This document shows, piece by piece, positions 25,730 to 38,757 of a DNA stretch of 64,000 nucleotides; position 1 is the first letter of the stretch; every line of letters starts with the position of its first letter. This stretch comes from Octopus sinensis. Taxonomy: Eukaryota. The notes beneath the pieces were generated by a model. That model saw nothing but the letters and a program-made list of their open reading frames with translations. It was not told where the DNA came from and ran no database searches. The DNA is taken from positions 99,200,001 to 99,264,000 of the forward strand of contig NC_043004.1 in NCBI RefSeq assembly GCF_006345805.1. The letters are read 5' to 3'. Position numbers and translations under genes: made by a program.

Positions 25730-27622
25730 ATTATTTAAGAGCTTTGAGGCAGCGAGCTGGCAGAATCGTTAGCACGCTGGAAGAAATGCTTAGCGGTATT
25801 TCGCCCGTCTTAACGTTCAGAGTTCAAATTCGGCCGAGTTCGACTTTACTTTTCTTCTTTTCGGGGTCGGTAAGATAAATGATAGTTAAACACTATAGTC
25901 AATGTTATCGATTTACACCCTTCCCCGAAACTATTGGCCTGGTGCCAAAATTGAAAACATTACGAAATTTAAGATAGCAAGTTCGCAGAATCCTCAGTAT
26001 GACTGGTAAAATGTTTAGAGGAATTTCGTCCGTTTTATTGAGTTCAAAATCCGCCAAGGAACAATTTCAATAGGTTATCTCTGGATAACAACTGACACTT
26101 GATTCTTTCATTTGCCAGATTTTTTCCAGCTCAAATGCAGTTAGTACATAATAGTGATCGATTGCTATGATTGTTGTTGCTGATGTTGTTGTTGTTGTTG
26201 TTGTCTAGACCGAATCAGACTTAAATTATAAACATGATCAAATAAATTCCAACGATTACAAGCTCTGTTTTAGTAGTTATCTTTAACGGTGTATTGGATC
26301 TGAGATGTGATGTGTCTAAAATGTCTAACAGATGCAGAGAAACTTCTGTGTCTGGTCTGTTAATTTGTCCTGGTTTGTGTTCACGGTGAGTTTCTTTTAC
26401 CACACAAATGTTGTCGATGCTTATAGGGATCATGGCAGATTTTTATGTTCAGATCGCAACAGTATGTCAGCCCTGAACGATTAGATGAAAAGTATTCTAC
26501 TCCTGATTATACCATTTTTGTGTTCACACATGGAATAGCTAGGACTATACTGTCCAATGTGATTAATTTTTTAAGAAGGTGGAGTGTAACCTTAAAGAGA
26601 CACGGCAGCTATCTCTAGCGGGCTGGTTGATCATATAGATGCTACTCTATTGGCTCTAATTCTTAATGTTTGGAATATATGAATCAAAGAATATTAGCTT
26701 AATATAAGCGCAAAACACACTTGCATACGCACATAGAGATACAGACACGTCTATGTATACAGGGAATGAGGAAAAAAACGAAATATAATATATCAAAATT
26801 CTTCAAACAATTAGGAGGAAAAATAAATGTGAATAGCTGTGAGAAGGTAACTTACCAGAACAAGAGTGAGAAGACGCCACCTACTTATGATCAGAGTATT
26901 CCAGCACTGACTGCTCATTTCTCAAGTAACCTTTTACATTTCTCTACAATTTCATTTATACGGCTTTAAGAGAGCTGTGAATGGTCTCGTATGCATCAGC
27001 TATCGATAAGAACCTTGACACCTCACTTTTTTTTGAAGCTCCCATTAAAATCTCCTTTCACGCATTCCTTAAGTTCAGGTACCCTTGGGGACATTGCCTT
27101 TTCGTAAGAGACCTCATTCTCAAACTTGCCTTTTCTTTGAATTCACTATCTGATGTCTTTTACTTCATTTCGTTGGTTCTCACTTTTCCTCATTCATCAT
27201 GTTCTTCCTACTTATGACAACAAAAGTTTGGGATGCTACAACTTTTCATAGCTTCTGGGGAGCCCTGTAATGAGGAAAGAGATTCCTCGGTTTCCCGGTG
27301 AAATCCGGGCCCTGATGCTTCAAGAAGTCATTTTCCCTTGTCCATAAGTTACTTTACTTGGAGCTGCGACAGAGAGCATTCTGAGAACAGTAGCTCCATG
27401 ACGCATTCTTCAAACTAGGTCTTGATGTTGTTAACATTGCTGTTCGTGGTACCGCTTGCAAACCACCATTTTCTGCATTCTTTCTGTCAAGTAACTTTTA
27501 CTTCCGCAAGTTTAACAACTTAGTCTCCCAAGCTATGGTACCGAGAGGATTTCCACGTCATCTAGTCTCTTAAAGGAGTTCTGCTGCCTATAGATATTGT
27601 TATTGTGGGTAGTCGGACCATG

Positions 27623-28007
27623 GTGGAGACGCAATGGCCCAGTGGTTAGGGCAGCGGATTCGTGGTCATAGGATCGCGGTTTCGATTCCCAGACCGGGCG
27701 TTGTGAGTGTTTATTGAGCGAAAACACCTAAAAAAGCTCCACGAGGCTCCGGCAGGGGATGGTGGTGATCCCTGCTGTACTCTTTCACCACAACTTTCTC
27801 TTACTTCCTGTTTCTGTTGTACCTGTATTTCAAGGGGCCGGCCTTGTCACTCTCTGTGTCACGCTGAATATCCCCGAGAACTACGTTAAGGGTGCACGTG
27901 TCTGTGGAGTGCTCAGCTACTTACACGTTATATTCACGAGCAGGCTGTTCCGTTGATTCGGATCAACCGGAACCCTCATCGTCGTAACCGACGGAGTGCT
28001 TCCATCC
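27623..28007 (+). mobile_element. SINE family C, full length, 12-bp TSD
   Basis: AGTCGGACCATG at 27611-27622 and 28008-28019. tRNA-like A and B boxes. Near-identical to 547-936. Confidence 0.92.
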
Positions 28008-28672
28008 AGTCGGACCATGATAAGAGTGACATCAATAACGATGGCACTAACACGTAATAGTTCATACGAGTGCTCGTAACACATATTTTTGTGGCACAAA
28101 AGTAACTGAAAAACATGTACTCTGCATTTTGTTGAATTGTATAGTGATTAACTGTTGCCCAGAACAGCGGTAAAAATAGTTAAAATAATGTAAGGTTGCT
28201 TCGAATATAAAATAATGAAGTGATGACTAGAAAAATATAAATAAATACCATGATGGCGGCGCTGATAATCGATACGTTATATAAAATATATCAATAAAAA
28301 ATAAAATTTTATATACGCAATGGATATAAATATGCATGTTTGTGAGTGTGTGATTGTGTATGTGTGTGTGTGTGTCCGTGTGTGTGTTTGTAAGCGCACG
28401 TGTACGCTCATATACATACACGAAACCACACGTATTTACACCCGACACACAGACCTAGTCTTATGACGGTGTTCATAATTCAAATAAAGTAGTGCTTATT
28501 CTCAGAATTTCGAAAATATTTCTCACTCACACACAATCATCAGATATTCTCCGGTGAAGCCACGAACGCCATGAAGCTGAAAAACGTTTGGCAAGTCAGA
28601 AGAATAAACAATATCTATCTGATAAGTGTGTGTGCGTTTGTGTGTATGCATATATATATGTATATATATATA

Positions 28673-28723
<51 letters not shown>

Positions 28724-28815
28724 AATATATATATATATATTAATATATATATATACACGTATACAGACACACACGTATGTATAATATATTTTTATATATT
28801 TATATATTATATAGG

Positions 28816-28872
<57 letters not shown>

Positions 28873-28926
28873 ATATATATATATGTATTTATATATGCAT
28901 AGATGTTTACACACATATATACATAT

Positions 28927-28957
<31 letters not shown>

Positions 28958-29323
28958 TACATTTTTATGTATGTATATATATATATATTTATATATATAT
29001 ATACATTTTTATGTATATATATATATATTTAACATCAACAATAAATTGAAAAATAATCTCATGAAAAACTGTGCACGAAACACAAATGGGATAGATTATT
29101 TGTTTATTTTCGTTACTCAATATATTTTATATATTACGATTTGGCTCGAATATGTAAGCTGACAGAAAAATTGAGATGTGAATCTTAGAGAGAAATGGCC
29201 TGGAAAACTGAGACGAAATTAGCATTTTAACACCAATTTAAGCAAGACTCCAATTTTTATTTTCCATCTGTTATACTGTGTCGTTTTGCTTGTTGTTTTA
29301 CTTTTCTTAAATTACGGGTATGT

Positions 29324-29397
<74 letters not shown>

Positions 29398-29408
29398 GTA
29401 TATATGTC

Positions 29409-29454
<46 letters not shown>

Positions 29455-30592
29455 ATATATCTCTACATATATATATATATATATATACACGTACATACAC
29501 GTATGCATACCTATCTTTATTTGTGCGTGTATGTGTTTTTATACTTATGTATATAATACACGCACACGTGCACACACACATGCACATATATATATATATA
29601 ATCCTGCTTACATATACACATGTAATGTACTCTCTATGTCTCTCCCTTTCTCTCTCTTTATACATACATATATATATATGTTAGTATGTGTGTGTAAACA
29701 TTTGCGTATTGTCTACAAAAGTGAGGGAATCTGGAATATATACGATTTGCATCTATGAAAGTAAGTACGTATGCATGAATAGAAATATTTTTGAAATTAT
29801 ATTGCAAACCTACAAAAGACTCACAAAATCTGGATACAAAAAAACTACAAACAAATAATGTGAAATTGAAAGAAAATCATACGAAAAGAAAGTAGCTAAC
29901 TGAAAAATTTAAAAGTGCATTGAAAATACTGAGGAAATATTCAAGGAAAATAGATCTAATAATAGAATTTACTCTACGTGCGCTAGTTTATGTAGCATAA
30001 TGTACACACACACACACACACAAATACAAATACCCATACACACACATATATGCGCACACAGACACTCGTGCATACACATTTTGTGCGCATTAATATATTT
30101 TCGTCTTTATTCGTGTATGTATATACACGTGTATAGATAGATGAATATATATGCATACTCGAATATAGCTACATATACGCATATATACATACATATATAC
30201 ATGCATACATATTTATATATATATATATTGTTATGTACAATCATATTCCCCGTGTTTTTGAATCCTCTGACATTCGAAGACATACAGTGCAGAAACTGTT
30301 TTGAGAAAAAATACATCATATATATATATAGGGTTAAGCGGCAAGTTGCTTAGCCACATAGCGAAAATTTAGAAATATATATATATATATATATATAGTA
30401 TTATATACATATACACCCACATATAGTTGTATGCATGTATGTATATGCATGTCTGTGTGTGTAGTAACAAATGGTAATTTCAGAAGTTACTTCACATAAG
30501 TATACCGAATTCGTATTGAAAGTGCAGTGCATATCCGCTACTAAAATGATCTACGAAATTTAGAATACCACAACAGGATTGATTACTCTCTA

Positions 30593-30702
<110 letters not shown>

Positions 30703-30720
30703 ATATGTATGTATATATAC

Positions 30721-31355
30721 AAAAAATCCACAAAAGGCAGATTTCGACTGAAACCATAAAAACTCACAAGAGGCGTACATACATACGCAAAAGCCAGTGT
30801 ATCTAAAATTACCTCCTATTATAGCGGGCCCAGCGAGTGAAACACACAGACTAAGTCTATTTATGCGCATCTTCCTGAACCCTTCCTTAAACACAGCAAT
30901 AGCTATATCAGAGATGACTTGGACATGTTAAATCACCTCCCAAAACAAGTCAAGGAAGAAACAATCATGGTTTACTTTATATACCAGTATACCTTATATA
31001 CATCATAACTGAATTGCTAGAGGCAATTCAGTTTTGGCTGGACCAATATCCGGAACAAATACCAGAAAGGATCAGCAAAGACTTCATCCTACTGTTGAAT
31101 TCATCCTACGAAACAGTCACTTCATGTTTGACAACATGTTCCATCGACACCAATCCGGAATTGCCATGGGCACTGGGGCAGCCCCGGTCATTGCGAACCT
31201 AACAATGGACTATCTGGAAATAATAATATTCCAGGAATCTTTATCTACCTTTGGAAACCCTCTTTCCCGATACATAAAAGAAAATTGGAAAAAATTCCTA
31301 GACGACTGTTTCATCCTCTGAAATGAAAACACAGACAAATTCCTGGAATTCAAAA
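30721..31355 (+). pseudogene. Penelope-like element reverse transcriptase remnant
   Basis: KIHK...LKLPPIIAGPASETHRLS...SYIRDDLDMLNHLP...LEAIQFWLDQYPEQIPERISKDFI...QSGIAMGTGAAPVIANLTMDYLE...WKKFLDDCFIL. Frameshifts and stops present. Confidence 0.85.
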
Positions 31356-32101
31356 GAAAAAAAGGGAGAGAGAAAACAACAGAGTGAAAAAAGAAGTAAA
31401 GAAAAAGTGAAAGAAGTGAGAAAGGAAGTGTTAGTTGGTGGTCAAGATAATGTAATTGGAGGATGGGATAGATGTGGGGGAGGGATAGAAAGGGATGAGA
31501 AGGTAAGGAGTAAAAGAATATGAGATATGTGAGTAGAGGTGATATGACTGCTGTATTAAAGAATGGTTTGAGAAAATGTATAGAAAAGGTATGGGTAGGG
31601 TGATACCGAAGTGAGCTGTAGTTTTGGTAGAAAAATTTGAGGTGGAGGGAAGTATACAACGATGGCAAATTACTATATATAGACGTATGTGATAGGTTAG
31701 TGATACGTAGGAATAGAAGAGGAGGAAAAAGGTATAAGGGCATATACGTACGCATGCACTCACATACATATATATTTGCGAATACTGACTCATACATACG
31801 CCTATACACACGCATTTACATTCACACGCATGCGCGCTTACTGATACATACATTTACATATATACACATATACACACACATTCATATATATTTGTAAATA
31901 TATATATACACACACACACATATATATATATATACCCACATACGAATACATAAATAAAATACCTGTACACACATACACACACATGTATCAATATATGTTC
32001 ATATATGTAGTATTAAATGATTGTGATCATTTTTTTAAGATAGGGTAATTAATTAACGATTAAAAATTAATATGAAGGTAAGTAGGGTTGTTGGGGATTA
32101 C

Positions 32102-32569
32102 CTACGGTGTGTTGTGGGTATATACTGCGTGGTTATTTAGGCTGGACTTAAATATGTGGTAAAATTTGAAGGTATGATAAAAGCGGTGTTTGCATGCACT
32201 TAGGGCCACATTATATTTGTTTAGTAGTGTTGGGGAGTTGTGTTTTAATGTGTGGAATGCCTCTTTTAGGCATAACCTACAGGCTAAGCGCTGAACTTGG
32301 TATCGAAGCCCCGAATCTATTATGGACCATGAAAAAATGTAGGAAATATTTCTGTTTTTTACATGACTGGCGGATGCTGTGGTTTTACTATGTTTCTCGT
32401 ATCTAAAAGAATTGAGATGAGCAGCATATCGCTGTTTAAAACTTATGGTTGATCGTTTATATATAGCTGTACAATTGTGTAATGTGTTGAGGACGGTGCA
32501 TTTATAAATTATATTGGATTTTCTACGATGAGTTTATAGAAGGCAGATGGACCCAGGACGGCAGTTACA
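32102..32569 (-). pseudogene. Penelope-like element C-terminal GIY-YIG endonuclease remnant
   Basis: Single frame with one internal stop: CNCRPGSICLL*...NIIYKCTV...IYKRSTISFKQRYAAHLNSFRYEKHS...WSII...CRLCLKEAF...LLNK...CKHR. It has no Met, so it is absent from the ORF track. Confidence 0.75.
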
Positions 32570-32795
32570 TGTGGGTGTATTTTGGGGATTATTTTCAGGA
32601 ATGGAGGATGTAATGCTGACATAGGAGAGGTTAGAGATGGGGGTAGAACGGTCTAAGCTATTAGTATTATTAATGCTATTATTACTATTATTTAACAATA
32701 ATATTGCTATCGTTGTTGTTAATTATTCTATCTGTAAGGGTGATGGAAGTTGCGGTAGTATTCAGGGTAGTGTTAATAAATATATACATATACAT

Positions 32796-32829
<34 letters not shown>

Positions 32830-32881
32830 GAGCTATAGGTATGTATGTATATATGTATGTATCTATGTATATATATATATA

Positions 32882-32949
<68 letters not shown>

Positions 32950-32950
<1 letters not shown>

Positions 32951-33138
32951 GCTTGGGTAAAAGAAAATACAGGGATATAGTTGATTATAGTTGTATTCAA
33001 CATATTCCACTCTCAAAGTCACATATTGCAGCGCTCCTTCACTTTTTTAAGCTTTGTAAAAAGCTGGAAAGTTTAGGCCTCCAAGCAGGCCTTTCGCGAT
33101 ACGCATTAAGCCAGGAACTTTTCACCACCCCTTCGTGT
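32950..33138. mobile_element. Mariner-type MITE remnant (right end)
   Basis: aggcctccaagcaggcctttcgcgatacgcattaagccaggaacttttcaccacccc is the reverse complement of the TIR fragment at 35525-35589. Confidence 0.55.
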
Positions 33139-33791
33139 ATATGTATATATATTTATATGTATATATATATATATATATATGTATGTATATATGATATTTC
33201 CTCCTGTATACATTTATATAAATATGTAAAAGCCAATCGTATATAAATAAAATAAAACAAAAGAAGCCACCAGGCAATAACGATAGATGAAAAAACGTAC
33301 ATCCCTCTACAATATTCACCAATGGAAATAATACATAAGTATAATAAAAAAAAATGCGAGATATTAATTCGGAAACGCTTTTCTTAAGCGAAATATTAAT
33401 ATAAGATGTATCTGATTGAGAAACAAAGACGTCTTCCATTTTTTGTGTTGGAATACAGCATTAAATATTTATAATAACTTGGGCCTATCGTTATATGACA
33501 CCAACATCCTCAGGCTCACAGACAGACAGCACTATATTTCATTTATCGCGAGAGATGGAAAATAGAGACGTTACGATTTCTATCTCAAGGCATACTTCAT
33601 ATTTGCTCAGGAGTATATTGCAGATGGTTCTGAATTTTCCTGTAATTCATACTTCAAACTTTTTAGGCTGTGACTGTAGTGTGAATTTTGTCCATCTCTC
33701 CCCCCTCTATCTCTCTATATATATATGTATGAGTGTATGTATATGTGTATATATACATATCTATATGCATTGGTCTGTTAGTATTGAAATG

Positions 33792-33827
<36 letters not shown>

Positions 33828-33828
<1 letters not shown>

Positions 33829-34588
33829 TATCTTATTATAAAAGGCAGATTTTATCTGCCTCCCTTTGGGAGTTATAGAAATCTACAATATAGGATTTCT
33901 TCAATTACAATTTACCTAGCATTTTTAAGAGTAGAATGTATCGCGTCATGCCAGGTCCAGTTTTTAAAATTTAAACTCCAATTAAGCAAAATTTACAGAA
34001 AACTCACATTCTGGTGTGTGTGTCAAATGCTTTTCTTAGTCTTGTTTACACCACACGGAAACGCACACACACAGTGTGCAACGAATAAAATGAAAGTAAA
34101 TAGCGACAGAGTGATTTGAGGAAGACTAAAGTGAAAGTATTTAAACCACTACTCAAAAAATAAAAAAACACAGCAAACAGAAACAAATAAATACATAACC
34201 ATTTACTCCTCACACAATTTCTTCAATTAGAATTTACCTAAGATTTTTCAGAGTACTTCAGTGGTGATGCCATAAAAAATTTCTTTCAATTTTACCACCA
34301 ATTAAGACAAAATTCGAGAAAACTCAATATTTTAACATATCACTCCGAAAGCATTGATGTACATGTGTGCGTGCGTGAGTGTGTGTGTGTCATTCCTCAC
34401 ACACACGCATACACATACATATACAACTAATACAACTACATACACATACAACTACATACAAACACGTGTGTGTTTGTTATTAGTAAAAAAGGCGCCAAAA
34501 CTCAACTCACTTATCATTCCAACACATTTGCAAAGACACACGGACGGACAGAAAAGGTAAATTGGTTTTTATTTTACTCTGTATATAT
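33828..34588 (-). mobile_element. HINE/DINE-1-like non-autonomous Helentron-type element
   Basis: Minus strand: (GTCC)n near the 5' end (34541-50), a diverged ~322-bp internal direct repeat (atttcttcaatt at 33895 and 34217) and a perfect 8-bp hairpin AGGCAGAT-ttt-ATCTGCCT (33843-61) near the 3' end. Confidence 0.5.
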
Positions 34589-34677
34589 TTTATTATATAA
34601 TATTATATATAGATATATGTATATATAATTGCAGTATGAAACAGTGTTTATGTATAAACAGACGACACTTATATATA

Positions 34678-34994
34678 GTTACCAAGCCGCCCGAATTTAC
34701 CTATTCATATTTAAATGAGAATATCAGAGCAAATCTCTTTAGCACATTCGTGAAAACACGTATTATACTTCGTAAACAGTTCAACTACAGTTTTGTACAA
34801 AAATCGAAGTGTAATTTTAATTCCGTGAATTATGGGAGATTTTTTTCCGAAATTTGTTCCTATTGTGTTTTCAAAATTTGTAATTCTGACAAAAAATGGA
34901 TACGAATTTCATTATATCAAGCAGCGAGTCAGAATTCGAAGGATTTTCTACTGAAGACCTTCTAAATCTAACTCTATGACTGAAAAAAAAAGCA
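34678..34994 (+). mobile_element. Possible piggyBac-like transposon left-end remnant
   Basis: Short ORF 34896-34979, MDTNFIISSSESEFEGFSTEDL, resembles the acidic N-terminus of piggyBac-family transposases. No TTAA end is visible. Confidence 0.3.
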
Positions 34995-35390
34995 TCTTTA
35001 TATAAGAGTGAGGTTGTGTGTCTGTCTCCTACGATTTAGATTCCTAACTACTCCCACATTTTGCGGTGCAGTTTAACCAAAAGCGGGTATCTTATAGTCG
35101 TGATTCATATCGAGCCCTTCTGGGTATTAGCGTGCGTCTACGATGAGTCTACGATTTAAAAAAAATTTACCATCATATTTTTCCATTTTAATGCATTTTT
35201 TTCGCTTTTATATAAGGGAAGTAACTCTCTAAAAATATCTACGATGTGTCAACGATTTAAAAAAAAAATTACCTTAATTTTTTAAAAATTTTTAATGCAT
35301 TTTTTTGCTATTTTTGGGTTATAACTCTCTAAAAATGCTTATATAGTTATTTCCCTTACAAACCCGAGCAACGCCGGGCGATACTGCTAG
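34995..35390 (+). mobile_element. 396-bp canonical non-autonomous Helitron
   Basis: A|TC 5' end (34994/34995), 3' hairpin CCCG-agcaacgc-CGGG (35363-78), CTAG|T end at 35390, no TSD. Confidence 0.85.
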
Positions 35391-35406
35391 TATATATATA
35401 TAGATA

Positions 35407-35484
<78 letters not shown>

Positions 35485-35610
35485 TATACATACATACATA
35501 CATATACATATACATATACTTATACACGATGGGGTACTGAAAAGTTCCTGGCTTTAAGCGTATTGCAAATGGCCTGCTTGAAGGCCTACAATATCTGTGT
35601 GCCCTTATAA

Positions 35611-36190
35611 GGCGGCAAGCTGGCAGAAACGTTAGCACGCCGGGCGAAATGCGTAGCCGTATTTTGTCTGCCGTTATGTTCTGAGATCAAATTCCGCCGA
35701 GGTCGACTTTGCCTTTCATCCTTTCGGGGTTGATAAATTAAGTACCAGTTATGAACTGGGGTCGATATAATCGACTTAATCTGTGTGTCTTTCCTTGTTT
35801 GTCCTCTCTGTGTTTACCCCCTTGTGGGTAATAAATAAATAGGTATTTTGCCTGCTGCTACGTTCTGAGTTCAAATTCGGCCGAGGTCAACTTTGCCCTT
35901 CATGCTTTCGGGGTCGATTAAATAAGTACCAGTTACGCACTGGGGTCAATATAATCGACTTAATCCGTTTGTCAGTCCTTGTTTGTCCTCTGTGTGTGTA
36001 TCCCCTTGTGGGTAGTAAAGAAATAGGTATTTCGTCTGTCTTTATTATCTGAATTCAAAATCCGCCGAGGTCGACTTTGCCTTTCATCCTATCGGGGTCG
36101 ATAATTTAAGTACCAGTTGCGTACTGGGGTCGATCTAATCGACTATCTCCTACCCCCAAAATTTTGGGCCTTGATCCTAGAGTAGGAAAG
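35611..36190 (+). mobile_element. SINE family A, three-core form
   Basis: One head plus gaggtc(g/a)ac cores at 35699, 35883 and 36067 (184-bp period). Confidence 0.9.
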
Positions 36191-36289
36191 AGTGTTTGCG
36201 TTCTTATAATTTCGAAAAGAGATCTTTTCAACCACATTGATCTAGTATTGGTTTCACGACTTTGGAGGTAGGGTATAAGTTGGGTAGGG

Positions 36290-36920
36290 AGTAAGTTGAG
36301 CCCAGTACTCAACTGGCACATATTTTACAGACCACAAAACTACGAAATGCAAAATCGATCTCGGCAGAATTTGAACTCGGAACATAAGGACGAACGAAAT
36401 GCCGCTTAGAGTCATACCCCGCGTGCTACATTGATCTAGTATTAATTTCATATATCGGCACAAGGCCAGTAATTTCGGGAGATGGAGTAGGTCGATTACA
36501 TTGACCCCAGTGTTCAACTGGTACTTATTTTATCGACTCCCGATAGGATGAAAGACAAAGTAGAGCTGGGCGGAATTTGAACTCAGAACGTAAAGACAGA
36601 CGAAATGCCGCTAAGCATTTTACCGGGCATGCCAATGTTCTGCCTGCTTGCTGCCTTACATTGTCCTAGTATTAACAGCATCAATAAAAGCAGCGTGCTG
36701 GCAGACTCGCGATCACACTGCGGCAAAAATGCTTCGCCGTATTTCATTGATCTTTACCTTCTGAGTTCAAATGCTGCCACGGTCAACTTTGCCGTTCATT
36801 AAATCGGGGTCGAGGAAATAAGTACTAAGTGAGCTCTGTGGTTGATAAAATAAGTACAAGTAATCGACTAATACCTTCCTCCAATATTGCTGGTCTTGTG
36901 CCAAAATGTGAAACTAATAT
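36290..36920. mobile_element. Cluster of older SINE family A copies (two minus-strand at ~36290-36650, one plus-strand at ~36690-36920)
   Basis: cggcagaatttgaactc/cggaatttgaactcagaacg on the minus strand; gctggcagactc...gagttcaaatgctgcc on the plus strand. Confidence 0.7.
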
Positions 36921-38319
36921 TAATAATATCAATGTAGCATTAACCATATAAACATCATCGTAATACTAATGTCTTCGTACGTTGAACTCCTGATAGAAAT
37001 TGCTATCAATCTTTGAGTCTTCCGATGATTTATGTAGTGTAGGAAGATAATTGCAAGACATATTATCTTCCGTTTCCTACTGTTTTTTGAGTAAAGTTCA
37101 CCTTTTTATCTTTTTCAGAGTAGAAACATGTATTTATTATTCAACGTCATGCATAGTACGAAAGTTGGAGTTCTCTTCTAGTGTAGTATTTTGTATTGTA
37201 TTCACGAAAATAATATTTTTTATTCCCAATCTTTGAATTAAACCTCAATCTACACCATAGTGTGAATATTGGAACTTAGTCTACGTTTCAGTTACCACAA
37301 CTGCTATTTTCTCTTCTTTCTTTTTTCCATTATATACAGAATTATGTTTTAATCTCCTTATATATCACAAAATAAGTCATCAAAAAATGAATTAATAAAA
37401 TTTATTCAGAGTTACGTATCATCATAGGTGTGTAGGAAAATAAAATGAGCTGGTAGTTCGGTCAAGAGATACCTTCGTCCACAAAGCCGGACTCTTTTAG
37501 CGGCATTTGAATATTTTTCATCGAGGAAGTTTATACAAACGAGCAAGAGTTCGTTTGAATTTGTCGATATCAATATTTGCTTTGCAGAAGACTTATTGTA
37601 CCACGCAGCCAGGTCATAACCCACATACAGAAACGATAGTTGTCTCGTTGTAAAATTGGAACGTAAGTTTTCGTACATAATATTCATGATTCATATTAAG
37701 ACATTTTTCCTGTCAGTATTGTATTATTTGTGGCATATCATCTTTCTTTTCCTATTGTTTAGTAGGAAATGTTCCTTTTTCTCTTTTCTTCGTTGAAGTA
37801 ATTATTCAATATAAAGCATAGCATGGCAGCTCGAATCCAACTAAAATTTACTATTCTGATATAAAATGTACGACTTTTTCCAAATCTATTGTATCATTCG
37901 TCAATGTAAATCATAGCACGAATAGTCTAATTTTGTCAAAGTTGCGTATTATATTCTGTGTTGTTGTCTTTTTGTATCGTGTGTAGACGCAAGTTTTCAA
38001 ATTTTTATATTTCTTTGATATATTTTTGTACTGAATTTTTGTATAACATGAAAACTGGTGAGTTATCATAATGGAACAAGCGTCTGTTGTGTAACAGAAT
38101 TTTCTATCATGCAGGCAGGTACCACTATTAACAAAGACCTACAAGAACTTGTAATCACATATAGGGAAGAAAAGCTACGTACATTTTATCATTGATTTAG
38201 TAACAGGTGTAGCATTGTCTTGTCATTAACATCTCTGAATGAAACATTCCACCAGGCTGCAGCTCTCGACGATAAAGTACAAAGGATAAAACAGTGAACA
38301 TGTACACTTGATATAGAAG

Positions 38320-38757
38320 TAGGATCGTTTCGGTTTGAACGGCAGTTTTTTAAAATAATTTCCACGTAACTAAAGACTTTTAAACTTCGCATACTGGTAG
38401 AATGTGTTTATAAAACATCTTTTTCTTAAGGCTTTATTGAGAAAATTCTATAGTTTGTAAGATATTTGTTGTTTTTTTTCTTAAATTTCTGCAATTTCAA
38501 TCAATCAATGACGTCTATTGAGGTGAAAACATTCTGTGCCATATGAATATGTCCCTCGTTTAAGAAACAGATAGGGTTTATTTACATTTCTGAAGAAAAA
38601 AAGATACCCTTCCCCCACCCCTAACCCTAACCCTAACTCTAACCTTAACCCTAAAACAGATTGAAATGCAATAGATCGATACTAGAGTCATAATTATGGG
38701 TGACAATTTCATATGACACCGCTAGAAAAAACTGCCGTTCAAATCGAAAGGATCTTA
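38320..38757. mobile_element. 438-bp MITE, ~30-bp TIRs, TAG-type termini, 4-bp TSD GAAG, internal (CCCTAA)6 (Academ-like)
   Basis: taggatcgtttcggtttgaacggcagttttt / aaaaactgccgttcaaatcgaaaggatctta. GAAG at 38316-19 and 38758-61. Telomere-like units at 38619-38654. Confidence 0.85.

Noticed and set aside
27623-27700. tRNA-like heads (also ~860-936, ~59640-59716) as tRNA genes
   Set aside because: They continue into SINE bodies bounded by TSDs and show no clean acceptor stem or tRNA terminator.
33074-35589. One mariner element enclosing the Helitron block
   Set aside because: The two TIRs face outward, so they belong to separate elements.
35611-36190. Regularly spaced repeats as a CRISPR array
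   Set aside because: Eukaryotic SINE tandem units with identical spacers; no cas genes.
38619-38654. Chromosome end or telomere-fusion scar
   Set aside because: Only six degenerate units, internal to a MITE and present in its second copy.
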